From the NCBI GenBank assembly GCA_963723625.1, contig CAVRRK010000002.1:205668-269667 (forward strand): DNA of 64,000 nucleotides, given 5' to 3'. The notes below the pieces were generated by a model, which did no database searches, was not told the DNA's origin, and was given only the letters and a program-made list of their open reading frames with translations. Made by a program: the position numbers and the translations under genes. Below are positions 1 through 14,101 of this stretch, piece by piece. The DNA is from an uncultured Alphaproteobacteria bacterium. GTDB taxonomy: Bacteria; Pseudomonadota; Alphaproteobacteria; Rhizobiales; Xanthobacteraceae. Position 1 is the first letter of the stretch; each line of letters starts with the position of its first letter.

Positions 1-1594
1 ATCGACCGGTTTATTCGTCTGCCTGCAGGCAAGGACGGCGCCGTGCGCCTGATCACGCTGGAGCAGGCGACCGGACTGTTTATCGGGCGGCTCTTTCCCG
101 GGTTACACCGTGAAGGGACAAGGCGCGTTCCGGATCATCCGGGATTCCGAACTCGAAATCGAGGAAGAGGCGGAAGATCTGGTTCGCCTGTTCGAGACGG
201 CGTTGAAGCGCCGGCGTCGTGGATCGGTGATCCGGCTCGAGATCGAAGCCACCATGCCGGAAGAATTGCGCGCTTTCGTGCAGCGCGCGCTGTCCACGGC
301 CGACGACGAAGTTCTTCTGGTCGATGGCGTGCTCGCAATGAACGAGCTTTCGCAGTTGACGCGGCTGGACCGGCCTGACCTCGAATTCGTGCCTTACGTG
401 CCGCGGCATCCCGAGCGCGTCCGCGATCATGGCGGCGATATTTTCGCAGCGATCCGGCAGAAAGACCTGATTGTTCATCACCCCTATGAATCCTTCGACG
501 TCGTCGTGCAATTCCTGCAGCAGGCCGCGCGCGACCCGGATGTCGTGGCGATCAAGCAGACGCTTTATCGCACGTCGCGTGACTCTCCGATCGTGCGGAC
601 ATTGGTGGAGGCTGCCGAAGCCGGGAAGTCCGTCACCGCGCTGGTCGAACTGAAAGCGCGGTTTGATGAGGAAGCCAACATCCGCTGGGCGCGCGATCTC
701 GAACGCGCCGGCGTGCAGGTGGTATACGGATTTCTGGAGCTGAAAACGCACGCCAAGCTTTCTCTGGTCGTGCGCCGCGAAGGCAGCAATCTCACCACCT
801 ATGTGCACACCGGCACCGGCAACTATCATCCGCTGACCGCGCGCATCTACACCGACCTGTCGTATTTCACGTCCGATCCGACCATCGGCCGCGACGCCGC
901 GCGGGTATTCAATTACATCACCGGGTATGCGGAGCCGAGCGACATCGAGAAGATGGCGGTATCGCCGCTCACGTTGCGCAAGCGGATGATCGAACACATT
1001 CGCGGCGAGATAAATTATGCGCGGCACGGCAAGCCTGCGGCGATCTGGCTGAAGATGAATTCGCTGGTCGATCCCGATGTGATCGATGCGCTCTATGAAG
1101 CTTCCCAAGCCGGGGTATCGATCGAACTGATCGTGCGCGGCATCTGCTGTCTGCGTCCAGGCATTCCCGGATTGTCAGAGAACATTCGCGTCAAATCGGT
1201 TATCGGCCGCTTTCTCGAACACGGCCGCATTTATTGCTTTGGAATGGGGCAGGGCCTGCCGAGCGCAAAGGCGGCCGTGTATATCTCGTCGGCCGACATG
1301 ATGCCGCGCAACCTTGACCGGCGCGTCGAAATCTTGTGTCCGTTGCAAAATCCCACGGTGCATCAGCAGGTTCTCGAACAGATCATGGTCGCTAATCTCA
1401 AGGATACCGAGCAGAGCTGGCAGTTGTTGCCGGATGGATCGTCAACGCGTATGAAGGCCGCGAAAGGCGAGGAGCCTTTCAATCTGCATAATTATTTCAT
1501 GACGAATCCGAGTCTGTCAGGCCGTGGCAAGTCGCTCAAGGAATCTTCACCGCGCCGCCTTACGCGCCGCAATGAACGTCAGCAGACGTCGTAG
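1..1594 (+). CDS. ppk1: Polyphosphate kinase 1 (5'-truncated by window)
   Basis: Motifs [59 protein letters not shown]; upstream of ppx. Confidence 0.96.
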
Positions 1595-1606
1595 GGAATC
1601 ATCGCG

Positions 1607-3116
1607 GTGGTGAAGCCGCGGGCGCGCAAGCGCGCATCCAGCGTCGCCGTCATCGATATCGGCTCGAATTCGGTTCGTCTCGTCGTCTACGAATCGATGA
1701 CGCGCAGTCTGGTTTCCATCTTCAACGAGAAGACGCTTTGCGGTCTTGGCCGCGAGGTCCAGTCCACCGGATTGCTGGCGCCTGATGCCGTCGTCAAGGC
1801 GCTGACTTCGCTGCGGCGCTTTCGCGCGCTGTGCAAGGTGATGAAGGTCGGCCGCGTTTACGCGATTGCGACCGCCGCGTGCCGCGACGCCACCAACGGC
1901 CCCGACTTCATCGTCAAGGCGGAGCGTATCTGCCGCGTGCCGATCGAAATCCTGTCCGGGCCGCGTGAAGCCAAACTATCCGCGCTCGGCGTCATCTCCG
2001 GCGTTCACAAGCCTGACGGCATCGTCGGCGATCTCGGCGGCGGGTCGCTGGAATTGATCGACGTGCGCGGCAATCGCGTCAGCCGCGGCGTGACGCTTCC
2101 GCTCGGCAGTCTGGCCTTGCAGGATTCGTCGCACAAATCGCTGAAGCGGGCCGAACGCATCGTCAAGTCAAGCCTTTCGGAAATAGCCCAGCTCAAGGCT
2201 GGGCGCGGGCGCAGTTTTTACGCGGTCGGCGGCACGTGGCGCGCGCTGGCGCGCATCCATATCATCCAGAGCGGCTATCCGCTGCGCGTGATGCACGGAT
2301 ATTCGATCCCGGCCGCCGAAGCGCTGGATTTCGCGCGCCGTCTGCGCCGTCTCGCCTCGACCGGCATTTTGGCCGATATCGAAGCGGTCGCGGATGCGCG
2401 GCGTCCGTTGCTCAGCTATGCGGCGCTCGTGCTGGAATACATCATTCGCGTGGCGCGGCCGAAGACCATCGTGTTCTCGACCTACGGCGTGCGCGAAGGC
2501 TTGCTCTACGAAAAGCTTGCCGCCGGCCGAACGCGCAAAAGATGGATTGATCGGCGCGGCGCAAACCCTGAATGAACTGCTTTCGCGGTCGGCGCGGCAC
2601 GCCGAGGAGCTGATCACCTGGACAGACCGCTTCGTGCGGATCGCAAAGCTGCGGGAAACCGAGGAGGACCGGCGGCTGCGACATGCGGCTTGCCTGTTGT
2701 CCGACATCGGCTGGCGGGTGCATCCGGATTATCGCGGCGAGCAGACGCTCAATCTTATCACCAACGGCAATTTCGGCGCGATCAGCCATCAGGGCAGGGC
2801 GTTTCTCGCGCTGTCGGTGTTCTATCGCTATGCCGGCCTGAACGAGGAAAACGAAGCGCCCGAACTGGTTCGCGCGCTGGTGGCGCCTGCCATGGTCGAG
2901 CGGGCGCGGGTTCTCGGCGCGGCATTTCGCGTGGCGCATCTGATTTCGGCGGCGCGGCCCGGCGTGCTGCCGGCGACGCATTTTCGCAGCAAGGGCCGCA
3001 AGCTGATGCTGGTGTTCGAGCACAGGATGGTCGATCTGGTGGCGGATCGCGTCGGCAGCCGCTTCAAGCAACTGGCGCGGCTGGTCGGCCGCAGCGGCAC
3101 GATCGTGCGGCGGTAA
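1607..3116 (+). CDS. ppx: Exopolyphosphatase Ppx/GppA (one frameshift near 2520)
   Basis: IDIGSNSVRLVVY, ATAACRDA, DLGGGSLEL, GVREGLL in 1607..2575; C-terminal LLSDIGWRVHPDYR continues in ORF 2394..3116. Confidence 0.93.
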
Positions 3117-3119
3117 CGC

Positions 3120-4268
3120 TTATTCGCGGTCCACCCTGACAACCCGGCCGCGTTCGATCGCCAGCGCCAGCCGGCCATGCTTGAGCGCCAGCGCCGCGTC
3201 GCCGAACAGTTCGCGCCGCCAGCCGTGTAGCGCGCCGACATCGGCATTGTCGTCGGCCGCGATCTGCTCAAGATCGTCGACGGTGGCGAGCACCTTGCTG
3301 GCGACCGCGTGGCGTTCGGACGTCATCCGCAACAGCACCTTCAAAAGCTCGACGGTGGCCGCGCCGTTGGAGTTGCTGCGTGGCTTCTCGATCTTCGGCA
3401 GCGTCGCCGGATCGCGCGCAAGGGCGCGCTGGACGGCGGCGACGATATCGGCGCCCCATTTCGAGCGATCGAAGCCCTTTGGCAGGGAGCGCAGGTTGGC
3501 CAGCCGCTCAAGGCTGGTCGGGGCATGGGTGGCGATATCGCCGACCGCGTCGTCCTTCAGCACGCGGCTGCGCGGGACGTCACGGCTTTGCGCCTCCTGC
3601 TCGCGCCAGGCCGCCACTTCCATCAGCACGGCCAAATCTTTCGGCTTGCGCACTCTCGTCTTGAGCCGCTCCCAGGCGCGCTCGGGATGAAAGTCGTAAG
3701 TTTTCGGCGAGGTCAGGACTTCCATTTCCTCAGAGACCCATTCGCTGCGGCCTCGCTTCTTGAGGTCGGCGTCGAGTGCTGCGAACACGTCACGCAGGTG
3801 GGTTACGTCTGACACCGCGTAGTGCATTTGTTCGGCGGTCAGGGGCCGGCGCGACCAGTCGGTGAAACGGTGGGTCTTGTCGGGACGATGGCCGGTGATG
3901 CGCTCGACGAGTTGGTCATAGGCGATGCTGTCGCCATAGCCCAGCACCATGGCGGCGACCTGCGTGTCGAAGATCGGATGCGGCACGATCCCGGCGCGAT
4001 GCCAGACAATCTCGATATCCTGCCGTGCGGCGTGGAAAACCTTCAGCACCTTCTCATTGGCCATCAGCTCGAAGAAGGGCTTGAGGTCGATGCCGTCGGC
4101 CAGCGTATCGATGACGACGGCTTCCTCCGCGCTTGCCATCTGGACGACGCAGAGCAGGGGATAGTAGGTCGTCTCCCGCAGAAATTCGGTGTCGACGGTG
4201 ATGACGGGATGCCTGGCAAGACGGCCGCAGACGGCGCTAAGTTCGGCAGTGGTGGTGATCAGATCCAT
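3120..4268 (-). CDS. rnd: Ribonuclease D
   Basis: [38 protein letters not shown]-like C-terminus. Confidence 0.95.
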   Translation of the reverse strand: MDLITTTAELSAVCGRLARHPVITVDTEFLRETTYYPLLCVVQMASAEEAVVIDTLADGIDLKPFFELMANEKVLKVFHAARQDIEIVWHRAGIVPHPIFDTQVAAMVLGYGDSIAYDQLVERITGHRPDKTHRFTDWSRRPLTAEQMHYAVSDVTHLRDVFAALDADLKKRGRSEWVSEEMEVLTSPKTYDFHPERAWERLKTRVRKPKDLAVLMEVAAWREQEAQSRDVPRSRVLKDDAVGDIATHAPTSLERLANLRSLPKGFDRSKWGADIVAAVQRALARDPATLPKIEKPRSNSNGAATVELLKVLLRMTSERHAVASKVLATVDDLEQIAADDNADVGALHGWRRELFGDAALALKHGRLALAIERGRVVRVDRE

Positions 4269-4384
4269 GAATAGTCCATAGCGGTTCCCAACCGGCGTCT
4301 GCCGAAACTGTTAGGCTGTCAAGGGCGAGGGGGTGGATTTGGCAATGTCAAACAGCCAAGCATCCGCATTCTCGTAGCGCACGC

Positions 4385-4809
4385 GCGCGCGGGATTTATC
4401 CCGTTCGCGCCAATCAAGGAGCGCCCGAGGGGAGCGGAAGTCCCAACCCTCAAGCAATGAGGGGTGGCGGCGCGCCATCAGGCGCAAGGGTGGTTTGGTC
4501 GCGATCCGCTTCGCCGTCGGCGACGAAGCTGCAATCGCGCAACGCCGTCAGGCGCGCCACCGCGGCGATTTCTGGCTTCGGGGCCGTACTTCCGGGAACG
4601 GCTGAAGCCTTTCGGCTTCGGCCCGGACGGGCTTTCGCCCGCCTTCGTCCATTCCGCGTCCAGCCATTGAAGGCAGAGCCCCGTAGTGGGCCCGGACGGC
4701 TACCCAAAACCTCCCGAGTGCGCAGGGATACGTCCTCCCCGCGCCCGCAGGCGCCGCATCCTGCTCCACTCCAAGACGCCTCATGAAGCGCCCCTCGTGA
4801 ACAGGACGC
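4385..4809 (-). ncRNA. Putative long structured non-coding RNA / intergenic element, copy A
   Basis: Hairpin-rich intergenic tract with no credible ORF, directly downstream of a consensus promoter; 5' stem and GAGGGGCG motif shared with 29545-30100. Confidence 0.55.
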
Positions 4810-4812
4810 TTC

Positions 4813-4868
4813 TGTATATATTCCTATAGGAATATTGTCAATAGCATCTATTCCTATAGGAATAGATG
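4813..4868 (-). promoter_or_regulatory. Sigma70-type promoter TTGACA-N17-TATACA with two palindromic operator-like sites
   Basis: Minus-strand -35 at 4841-4836, -10 at 4818-4813; perfect palindromes atattcctataggaatat (4818-4835) and catctattcctataggaatagatg (4845-4868). Confidence 0.75.
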
Positions 4869-5133
4869 TGCGCAATGAGCGAGAAACTCAATACTGGCGC
4901 ATCTGTCCGGACGGCCGGTTTTGCGATGACGGGAAGGCAATTACGGCGATGCAAAGCCCAAGCATCGCCAATCCCAGAAACTCAAATACCAATGTGTTCG
5001 ACACGACAACTCTCCCCCGACGCGGCACTACTTCGCCAAGCCGATAGAATTGTAATGAAGGGTTTGACGCTTTCTTAAGTTTTGCCGGGCGCGCCTAGCC
5101 GCTTGCAGAGACGATTACCAAACGGTTAAAAGT

Positions 5134-6614
5134 TCACGTTCCGCAAAACGTCTGCAGCACGCGCTCGTGCTGCTGCGGCGGCTCGGCATAGCGCGCGTAA
5201 TCCGGCTGGTCCTCGATACGGCCTGGACAGCACCGTCAGCAGCTCTTCGAACGGCGCAAAATCGTCTGTTCAACGCGGCCTGGATCACCGCTTCGACGCG
5301 GTGGTTGCGCGGAATGAAGGCCGGGTTGACGGCGCGCATCGCCGTCTGCCGCGCGGCGGCGTCCTGCGGCTCCTGCGATAGCCGCTGGCGCCAGCGCACC
5401 GCCCATTCGTCGTAGGCCGAGGGATCGGCGAACAGTGTCCGCACGGCGGCCTCGCCGGTCGGCATCGAGCGCCGCATCGCTGAGACGCCGGAAGGTCAGC
5501 GTAAAATCGGCCTGGTTTTTGGCCATCGCATCCAGCAGATCCTGCGCCAGCGCGGGATCGCCGTCGCGTTCACTGAATAGTCCGAGCTTTCGGCGAAGCC
5601 CGGCCTGATAAGCGGCGTTGAATTTTTCGGCGAACTCGCCGAGCGATTCCTGCGCGTCCGCGATCGCTTTTTCCTGATCGTCCGCAAGCAGCGGCAACAG
5701 CGTTTCGGCAAAGCGGGTCAGATTCCACAACGCGATCCGCGGCTGGTTGCCGTAGGCGTAGCGGCTTTGTTCGTCGATCGAGCTGAACACCGTGGCGGGA
5801 TCGTAATTGTCCATGAAAGCGCAGGGGCCGTAATCGATGGTCTCGCCTGAAATCGAGGTGTTGTCGGTGTTCATGACGCCGTGGATGAACCCGACCAGCA
5901 GCCAGCGGGCGATCAGTTCAGCCTGCCGCGCGATCACCGCGTCCAGCAGCGCGCGGTAGGGTCGTTCGGCAGTCGACGACATCGGGGTAATGCCGCGCGA
6001 TGACGTAGTCCGCGAGCCGCTTCACGCCCTCGGTATCGTCGCGCGCCGCGAAATACTGGAACGTACCGACGCGGATGTGGCTTGAGGCCACGCGGGTCAG
6101 CACCGCGCCGGGCAGGGGCGTTTCCCGCAGGACGTTTTCGCCGGTAACGACCGCGGCCAGCGACCGCGTGGTCGGAATGCCCAGCGCCGCCATGGTCTCG
6201 CTGACGATGTATTCGCGCAGCACCGGTCCCAGCGCCGCGCGGCCATCGCCCCGCCGCGAGAACGGCGTCGGCCCGGAACCCTTGAGCTGGATGTCGCGCC
6301 GGACGCCGTCGCGCGTCGATGACTTCGCCGAGCAGGATGGCGCGGCCGTCGCCGAGTTGCGGCACGAAATGCCCGAACTGATGCCCGGCATAGGCCATCG
6401 CGATGGGGTCGGCGCCATCGGGCACGCGTTTGCCGGAAAGGATTTCCACGCCCTCAGGACCGGCGAGCCAGTCCGGATCGAGGCCCAGATGCACGGCGAG
6501 CGGCCGGTTCAGCTTGATCAGCCGCGGCGCAGCCACCGGCGTCGGCGCGACCCGCGCGAAGAAGTTTTCCGGCAGCGCCGTATAGCTGTTGTCGAAGGGA
6601 AAGCGGACCGTCAT
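5134..6614 (-). CDS. selO: Protein adenylyltransferase SelO/YdiU (several frameshifts)
   Basis: [52 protein letters not shown]-terminal TFCGT across ORF fragments. Confidence 0.92.
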
Positions 6615-6662
6615 GAACTCAAGATAGGCATCCACCTGAAATGGGCAATCGTTCCGCAGGAA

Positions 6663-7037
6663 TTAGCGGCAGACTCTGCGCCGGTCGGTGTCCAGTTGCG
6701 CAGCCAAAGTCGCCATCTGCTCGGTGGTGGATGTCGTAATCGTGCATTCGCCGACATGCGAGCGCATGTACTGGACGGTGTCGCCGACGGTGGTGACCGA
6801 GCGCCCAAGCACATCGCAAAGACGGCGGCGGTTCGGAGAGCGCCTGATGTTCTGCAACTCGTCGTTGAGCAGGGTGATGTCCTGCGAGTACGATTTCATC
6901 TGGGCGCAGGCGGGCTGCTCGAGCGTGAGTCGCTCGGCTTCCGACGGGCCAGCCTTGGCGCTCTGGGCTGCGAAAATCGCGCTCATAGAAATGACTGTTC
7001 CGACAAGGGCGAACAGCCGGGAATTGGCGGTGGTCAT
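6663..7037 (-). CDS. Hypothetical secreted helical protein
   Basis: Signal-peptide-like N-terminus (MTTANSRLFALVG...AKA), four Cys. Confidence 0.6.
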   Translation of the reverse strand: MTTANSRLFALVGTVISMSAIFAAQSAKAGPSEAERLTLEQPACAQMKSYSQDITLLNDELQNIRRSPNRRRLCDVLGRSVTTVGDTVQYMRSHVGECTITTSTTEQMATLAAQLDTDRRRVCR

Positions 7038-7171
7038 CAAAGTTCTCCTGGACGCCGTTGTTTCCGATCGGCGCTTTGTCAGCAATCTGAAACGGGATGT
7101 TGGCTTAGCGCAGAGGGTTTGATCCATCGCGGAAAAATGAATTATGCTGCGCCGAATGGATAGGGGGATTC

Positions 7172-7621
7172 ATGAAGGCGCGCATTACTGTTGTTGGAAT
7201 GATGATTTTAGCTGCAGCCGCCTCGCAGTCTCAGGCGCAGTCGCGTAAGGCAGGCGGCGAGTGGACGGGAAAATACGTCTGCAATCAGGGTGTCACTGGG
7301 GCACGACTGATTCTCAGCGAGGATGGCTCCTCGGGCCTCTTCCAGTTTTATCCGCTGCCCGAGAATCCGAGAGTGCCGGAAGGATGCTATAAGGTGACGG
7401 GCGTCTTCAACAACACCAGCGGCGCGCTGGCGATCATACCGGGCGAGTGGTACTTGCGCCCCCGCAACTACAATGGCGCACCTTTCAGCGGCGTCGTCGA
7501 CGAACACAGCGAGAATTTCGCCGGCAAGATTACCGGCCTGCAGGGCTGCGCCAGCGTATTCCTGTCGCGCACGGCTCCGACCCGGCCGCTGCCCTCGGTG
7601 TGCGCGCGAGGCCTGCCGTAA
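7172..7621 (+). CDS. Hypothetical secreted protein
   Basis: Purine-rich RBS, signal peptide (..SQAQ), WTGKYVCNQG beta-rich domain. Confidence 0.7.
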   Translation: MKARITVVGMMILAAAASQSQAQSRKAGGEWTGKYVCNQGVTGARLILSEDGSSGLFQFYPLPENPRVPEGCYKVTGVFNNTSGALAIIPGEWYLRPRNYNGAPFSGVVDEHSENFAGKITGLQGCASVFLSRTAPTRPLPSVCARGLP

Positions 7622-7729
7622 AGGCCACCGCATCGGTTGCCGCACCCCCTTGGCTCGGGTAAACCCACGGCGTTTGCAGGGCTGCCAATCGCGCCCGATT
7701 TTGCCCTCCGACTCCATCTCAGGATTTCC

Positions 7730-9504
<1,775 letters not shown>

Positions 9505-9565
9505 CTCTCAGAGTGCGGCCACCGGAGGGACAATCCGGGGTCGAGGATTGCGCGGGGGAGATGGT

Positions 9566-11876
9566 ATGGCGTCCTATTCCGAAGACCTTCATTCCGCGGC
9601 GCTCGCCTATCACCGGCTGCCGCGGCCCGGCAAACTGGAGATTCAGGCGATCAAGCCGCTCGCCAACCAGCGCGATCTGGCGCTGGCGTATTCGCCCGGC
9701 GTCGCCGCGGCCTGCATGGCGATTGCGGATGACCCGGCGCAAGCCGCCGAGCTGACGATCCGCCAAAATCTCGTCGCCGTGGTGACCAACGGCACCGCCG
9801 TGCTTGGGCTCGGCAATATCGGCCCGCTGGCGTCGAAGCCTGTCATGGAGGGCAAGGCGGTCCTGTTCAAGAAATTCGCCGGGATCGACGTGTTCGACAT
9901 CGAGATCGCTGCCGATACTGTTGAGCGCGTGGTGGAAACGGTGGCCGCGCTGGAGCCGACCTTCGGCGGCATCAACCTTGAGGACATCAGGGGTCCGGAA
10001 TGTTTCGAGATCGAAGCCCGGCTCAAGGAGCGGATGAAGATCCCGGTTTTCCACGACGATCAGCATGGCACGGCCATCATCGTCGGCGCCGCCATCACCA
10101 ATGCGCTGCTGCTCAACGGCAAGAAGCTGAGCCGAGGTCAAGATCGTCTGCTCCGGCGCAGGCGCGGCGGCGATCGCGTGCCTCAATCTGCTGGTGTCGC
10201 TGGGCGCGCAGCATAAGAACATCTGGGTCTGCGACATCGACGGCGTCGTCCATGAAGGCCGCAACACCTTGATGGATCGCTGGAAGGCGGTCTACGCCCA
10301 GAAAACCGATAAGCGAACGCTCGGCGATGTCATCGGCGGCGCCGATATTTTCCTCGGCCTGTCGGCCCCGAACGTGCTGAAGCCCGAAATGGTCAAGCAG
10401 ATGGCCGATGGCCCGCTGGTGATGGCGCTCGCCAATCCAAATCCCGAGATCATGCCGGAGGAAGCGCGCAAGGTTCGTCCGGACGCGATGATCTGCACCG
10501 GCCGCTCGGACTTCCCGAACCAGGTCAACAACGTCCTGTGTTTCCCCTTCATCTTCCGTGGCGCGCTCGACGTCGGCGCGACCGCGATCAACGAGGACAT
10601 GAAGCACGCCGCTGTCGAGGCGATCGCGCAACTGGCGCGCGATCCGCCGTCGGACGCGGTCGCCCCCGGCTTTGACAGCGGCGAAACGCAGGGGTTCGGT
10701 CCGGGTTCGCTCATTCCCAGCCCGTTCGACCCGCGGCTCATTCTGCGCATTGCCCCGGCAGTCGCCAAAGCCGCAATGGCATCGGGGGTCGCCACGCGCC
10801 CGATCCAGAACTTCGATGATTATACCGCGAGGCTCGAACGTTTCGCGTTCCGCTCCGGCTTCGTGATGAAGCCGGTGTTCGCCAAGGCGAAGACGCAGCC
10901 GGTGCGCGTCATCTACGCTGATGGCGAGGACGAGCGGGTGCTGCGCGCAACTCAAGTCGTGCTGGAAGAAAAGCTGGCGCGGCCGATACTGGTGGGGCGG
11001 CCCTCGGTGGTGAGCGCCCGCATCGAACGGTTTGGGCTTTCCATCAAGGCCGGCGAGGATTTCGATCTCATCAATCCAGAAGACGATCCGCGCTATCGCT
11101 CCTATGTGCAGTCCTACATCGACGTCGCCGGCCGCCACGGCGCGACGCCCGATGTCGCGCGCACGACGATCCGCACCAATGCCACCGTGATCGCGGCACT
11201 GGCGGTTGTCCGCGGCGAGGCCGATGCGATGCTTTGCGGCGTCGAGGGCAGCTACATGCGTCATCTGCGCCACGTGCGCGAGATCATCGGCTTCGCACCT
11301 GGTGTCACCGATTATGCGGCGCTGTCGCTGATGATCACCAGCAAGGGCGCTTTTTTCATTGCCGACACCCAGGTCCGCCCCAATCCGTCGGCCGAGGAAC
11401 TTTGCGATATCGCGGCGCAGTCCGCCTTGCATGTGCAGCGCTTCAACATCAAGCCGAAGATCGCGTTCGTGTCGCATTCGGATTTCGGCAGCTTCGATAC
11501 GGAATCATCGCGCAAGATGCGCCGCGCCGCGCAGCTATTTCACCAGAAGCATCCTGACATCGAGGCTGACGGCGAGATGCAGGGGGACACCGCGTTGTCG
11601 GTGGAGGCGCGTAACCTGATCCTGCCGCATTCGCGGCTGGAGGGCGTCGCCAACGTACTGATCATGCCGAACGTCGACGCCGGCAATGTCGCCTACCAGA
11701 TGGTCAAGGTGCTGGCCGACGCGCTCCCGGTCGGGCCGATCCTGATCGGACCTGCGCGGCCGGCGCATATTCTGACCCCATCGGTGACCGCGCGCGGCAT
11801 CCTCAACATGACCGCGGTTGCGGCGGTGGAGGCGCAGGCGGGGGCTGGCCGTGCGCAGCCGACGTTATTCGGGTAG
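9566..11876 (+). CDS. maeB: NAD(P)-dependent malic enzyme with PTA-like C-terminal domain (frameshift near 10130)
   Basis: [54 protein letters not shown]. Confidence 0.93.
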
Positions 11877-11995
11877 CGCCGGCGAATTTGTCGGCCGGTT
11901 TGCTGTTCATATTTGATCGTTTGAAAATCATCTGCGATACCGCCATAATCGCCTTTGCGGCGAGATGATTTCAATTCCCAGCGGGGCCCAGACCA

Positions 11996-12449
11996 ATGCC
12001 AGCGTTCATCACCTTCGGACGAGTCCTGCTCGCCGTGTTTTTTATCGTGTCCGGTGCAACGAAGCTTTTCGATCTCGCCGGCACGGCTCAGATGGTTTCC
12101 GACAAGCTACGTGATCCCCGCCATGGTCGCCACGTACACGTCTCAGCTCGAGGGCATGACCGGAATGCCCATGGCGCAAATGCTGGCGATCGCGGCAGGC
12201 GTTCTCGAATTGCTCGGCGGGTTGCTGATCGCGTTGAATTTCGGCGCGCGGTTTTTCGCGGTCCTGCTGATCCTGTTCGTGATCGCTGCTACCTTCTATT
12301 TCAATGACTTCTGGAATCAAACCGGCGTCGACGCCAAGAACAACATGGTGCAGGCACTGAAAAACCTGTCCATCATCGGCGGACTGTTCATCGTCGCGGG
12401 ATTGGGTCGGTCATCGCGGATAGTCGACCCCACCTACAACGATGTGTGA
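11996..12449 (+). CDS. DoxX family membrane protein (frameshift near 12110)
   Basis: GRVLLAVFFIVSG ... ELLGGLLI ... KNLSIIGGL. Confidence 0.85.
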
Positions 12450-12462
12450 TCAGGTGACCTTG

Positions 12463-12559
12463 CCCTCATCCTGAGGAGCGCGTTCTTACGCGCGTCTCGA
12501 AGGATGAATGTTCATTTCCCATGGTTCGAGACGGCGCAAGTCGCCTCCTCACCATGAGG
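12463..12559. repeat. Inverted pair of REP-like palindromic units
   Basis: cctcatcctgaggagcgcg..cgcgtctcgaaggatg and its inverted counterpart catggttcgagacggcg..cgcctcctcaccatgagg between convergent genes. Confidence 0.75.
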
Positions 12560-13118
12560 CAGCTATCGGCCGCCGCCACGCGGTGACGCTGACGTCATGG
12601 GCGGCGTCGAGGATCCGCACATCGCCGGCCTTGAGGCCATGGGCCGCGAGAACAGCCTGCGGCGATGACAGGTCCGCTCCGGGGAAACAGGGATAGCCGC
12701 CCGGCAGGCGCACGTGCGGCGCTACCGACAGCCAGAACGTATCGTAGCGATCCATGAACATCTCGAATACGACGGGGCCACCGATAACAGCGGCAATGCC
12801 CGAACGGACGCCGGCGCGTTCGCAGGCCTGCTCGAATGAAGCGCCCGCCGGATTCCACAATGTGGCTTTGGGGTTCGTCGGGTCCCGCGCAACCGCTTCA
12901 ATACTTCGGCTGAGAATGACGCGTGTTCGCTGCGACGAGTTCGGCTGGTCCTCGTAGGAATAGCGACCGTGGACGATGAGGTCGGCGCGGTCGAGTGCGG
13001 CGGTGAAGAACTTCTTGTCGCCCTCGAATTTCAATTCGTCCGGCATGACGCCGGCGGCGTCTGCCAGCATGCCGTCGGCGGAGACGATGACGTAGCCATC
13101 GATGCGAAGCTGTGACAT
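12549..13118 (-). CDS. Dihydrofolate reductase-like protein
   Basis: IVSADGMLA, VHGRYSYE, VIGGPVVF, DHFR-fold spacing. Confidence 0.7.
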   Translation of the reverse strand: MSQLRIDGYVIVSADGMLADAAGVMPDELKFEGDKKFFTAALDRADLIVHGRYSYEDQPNSSQRTRVILSRSIEAVARDPTNPKATLWNPAGASFEQACERAGVRSGIAAVIGGPVVFEMFMDRYDTFWLSVAPHVRLPGGYPCFPGADLSSPQAVLAAHGLKAGDVRILDAAHDVSVTAWRRPIAASW

Positions 13119-13141
13119 CGCTTGCCAGGCGCGAGAGTCAG

Positions 13142-14101
13142 CTACTGGGAAATCGTTTCCACGACGCTGTTCACCGGCCGCGTGCTGACTGTCGGGAGCT
13201 TCGCATCCTTCAAAATCTCTTCGTCGTAAGATGCAATCGTCTGCACCGGGGCTTTGGCTTTCATCTGTACGACTTTGTAGCCGCCAGCCTTCAGCTTGCG
13301 CAGCATCGCGGGAAGCGCTTCGGCCGTGTGCTTGTGGAAATCGTGCATCAGGATGATGCCTTTGCCGAGCTTGTCGAGTTTTTTGAATGTTACATCGATC
13401 ACCTGCTGGGCATTGCGCGCCTTGAAGTCGAACGAGTTGAGATCGCAGGAGAACATCGCGATGTTACGCTCGCCGAGATAGGTCACCATTTCCGGCGGGT
13501 GCTGCAGCGCCGGGAAGCGGAAGAAGGGCGAAGGCGGCTGGCCCAGCGCCCACTTGACCGCACTGAACCCCTTTTCGATCTCGTCCTTTTTCTGCTGTTC
13601 GGTCAGCTTCTTGTTGGTGAGCGTGGTGTGCCCCCAGGTGTGCGTACCGATGGTGTGGCCAGCCGCCGCGACCTGCTTCAAAATCTCGGGATAATAGGTC
13701 GCGTGTTTGCCGATCGAAAAGAAAATGCCGGTGGTGCATTCGTCCGCAAGCGCTTTCAGCACCGCAGGCGTGTTGCCTGGCCACGGGCCATCGTCGAACG
13801 TCAGCACGACTTCCTTGTCTTTGAGGAAGTCCAGTTGCTTGAAATGCTCGAAGCCGAAGCCGGGACCGCCGGTCGTGTCGATCGCAACGACGCGGCCGAC
13901 GCCGAGCGCGTCAGGTGAACCGTTGCAGGCGACTTTCGGTCCGGGGGGCATGACGGGCACTGCCGGGGCAGGGCCTTTGGCTGCGGGAGCAGGTTGCGCC
14001 GCCGGTGTACCAGCCTTGGGAGCCGCCGTCTGCGACCAAGCCGCGCTCGGCGCACACATTGAGAGCGCGCCCGCAAAGATCAAACCCGCCGCAATGCGCA
14101 T
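13142..14101 (-). CDS. Polysaccharide deacetylase (NodB/CE4 family)
   Basis: LTFDDGP, HTWGH, FFRFP, ILMHD; signal peptide. Confidence 0.92.
   Translation of the reverse strand: MRIAAGLIFAGALSMCAPSAAWSQTAAPKAGTPAAQPAPAAKGPAPAVPVMPPGPKVACNGSPDALGVGRVVAIDTTGGPGFGFEHFKQLDFLKDKEVVLTFDDGPWPGNTPAVLKALADECTTGIFFSIGKHATYYPEILKQVAAAGHTIGTHTWGHTTLTNKKLTEQQKKDEIEKGFSAVKWALGQPPSPFFRFPALQHPPEMVTYLGERNIAMFSCDLNSFDFKARNAQQVIDVTFKKLDKLGKGIILMHDFHKHTAEALPAMLRKLKAGGYKVVQMKAKAPVQTIASYDEEILKDAKLPTVSTRPVNSVVETISQ

Noticed and set aside
80-1108. Long antisense ORFs opposite housekeeping genes (also 10113..11477, 51132..52349, 57144..58220, 59780..60895)
   Set aside because: Shadow ORFs caused by high-GC codon bias of the real gene on the other strand
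4450-4875. ORFs overlapping structured element A
   Set aside because: Arg/Ala/Pro-rich translations on both strands with no motifs; the pattern is better explained by hairpins
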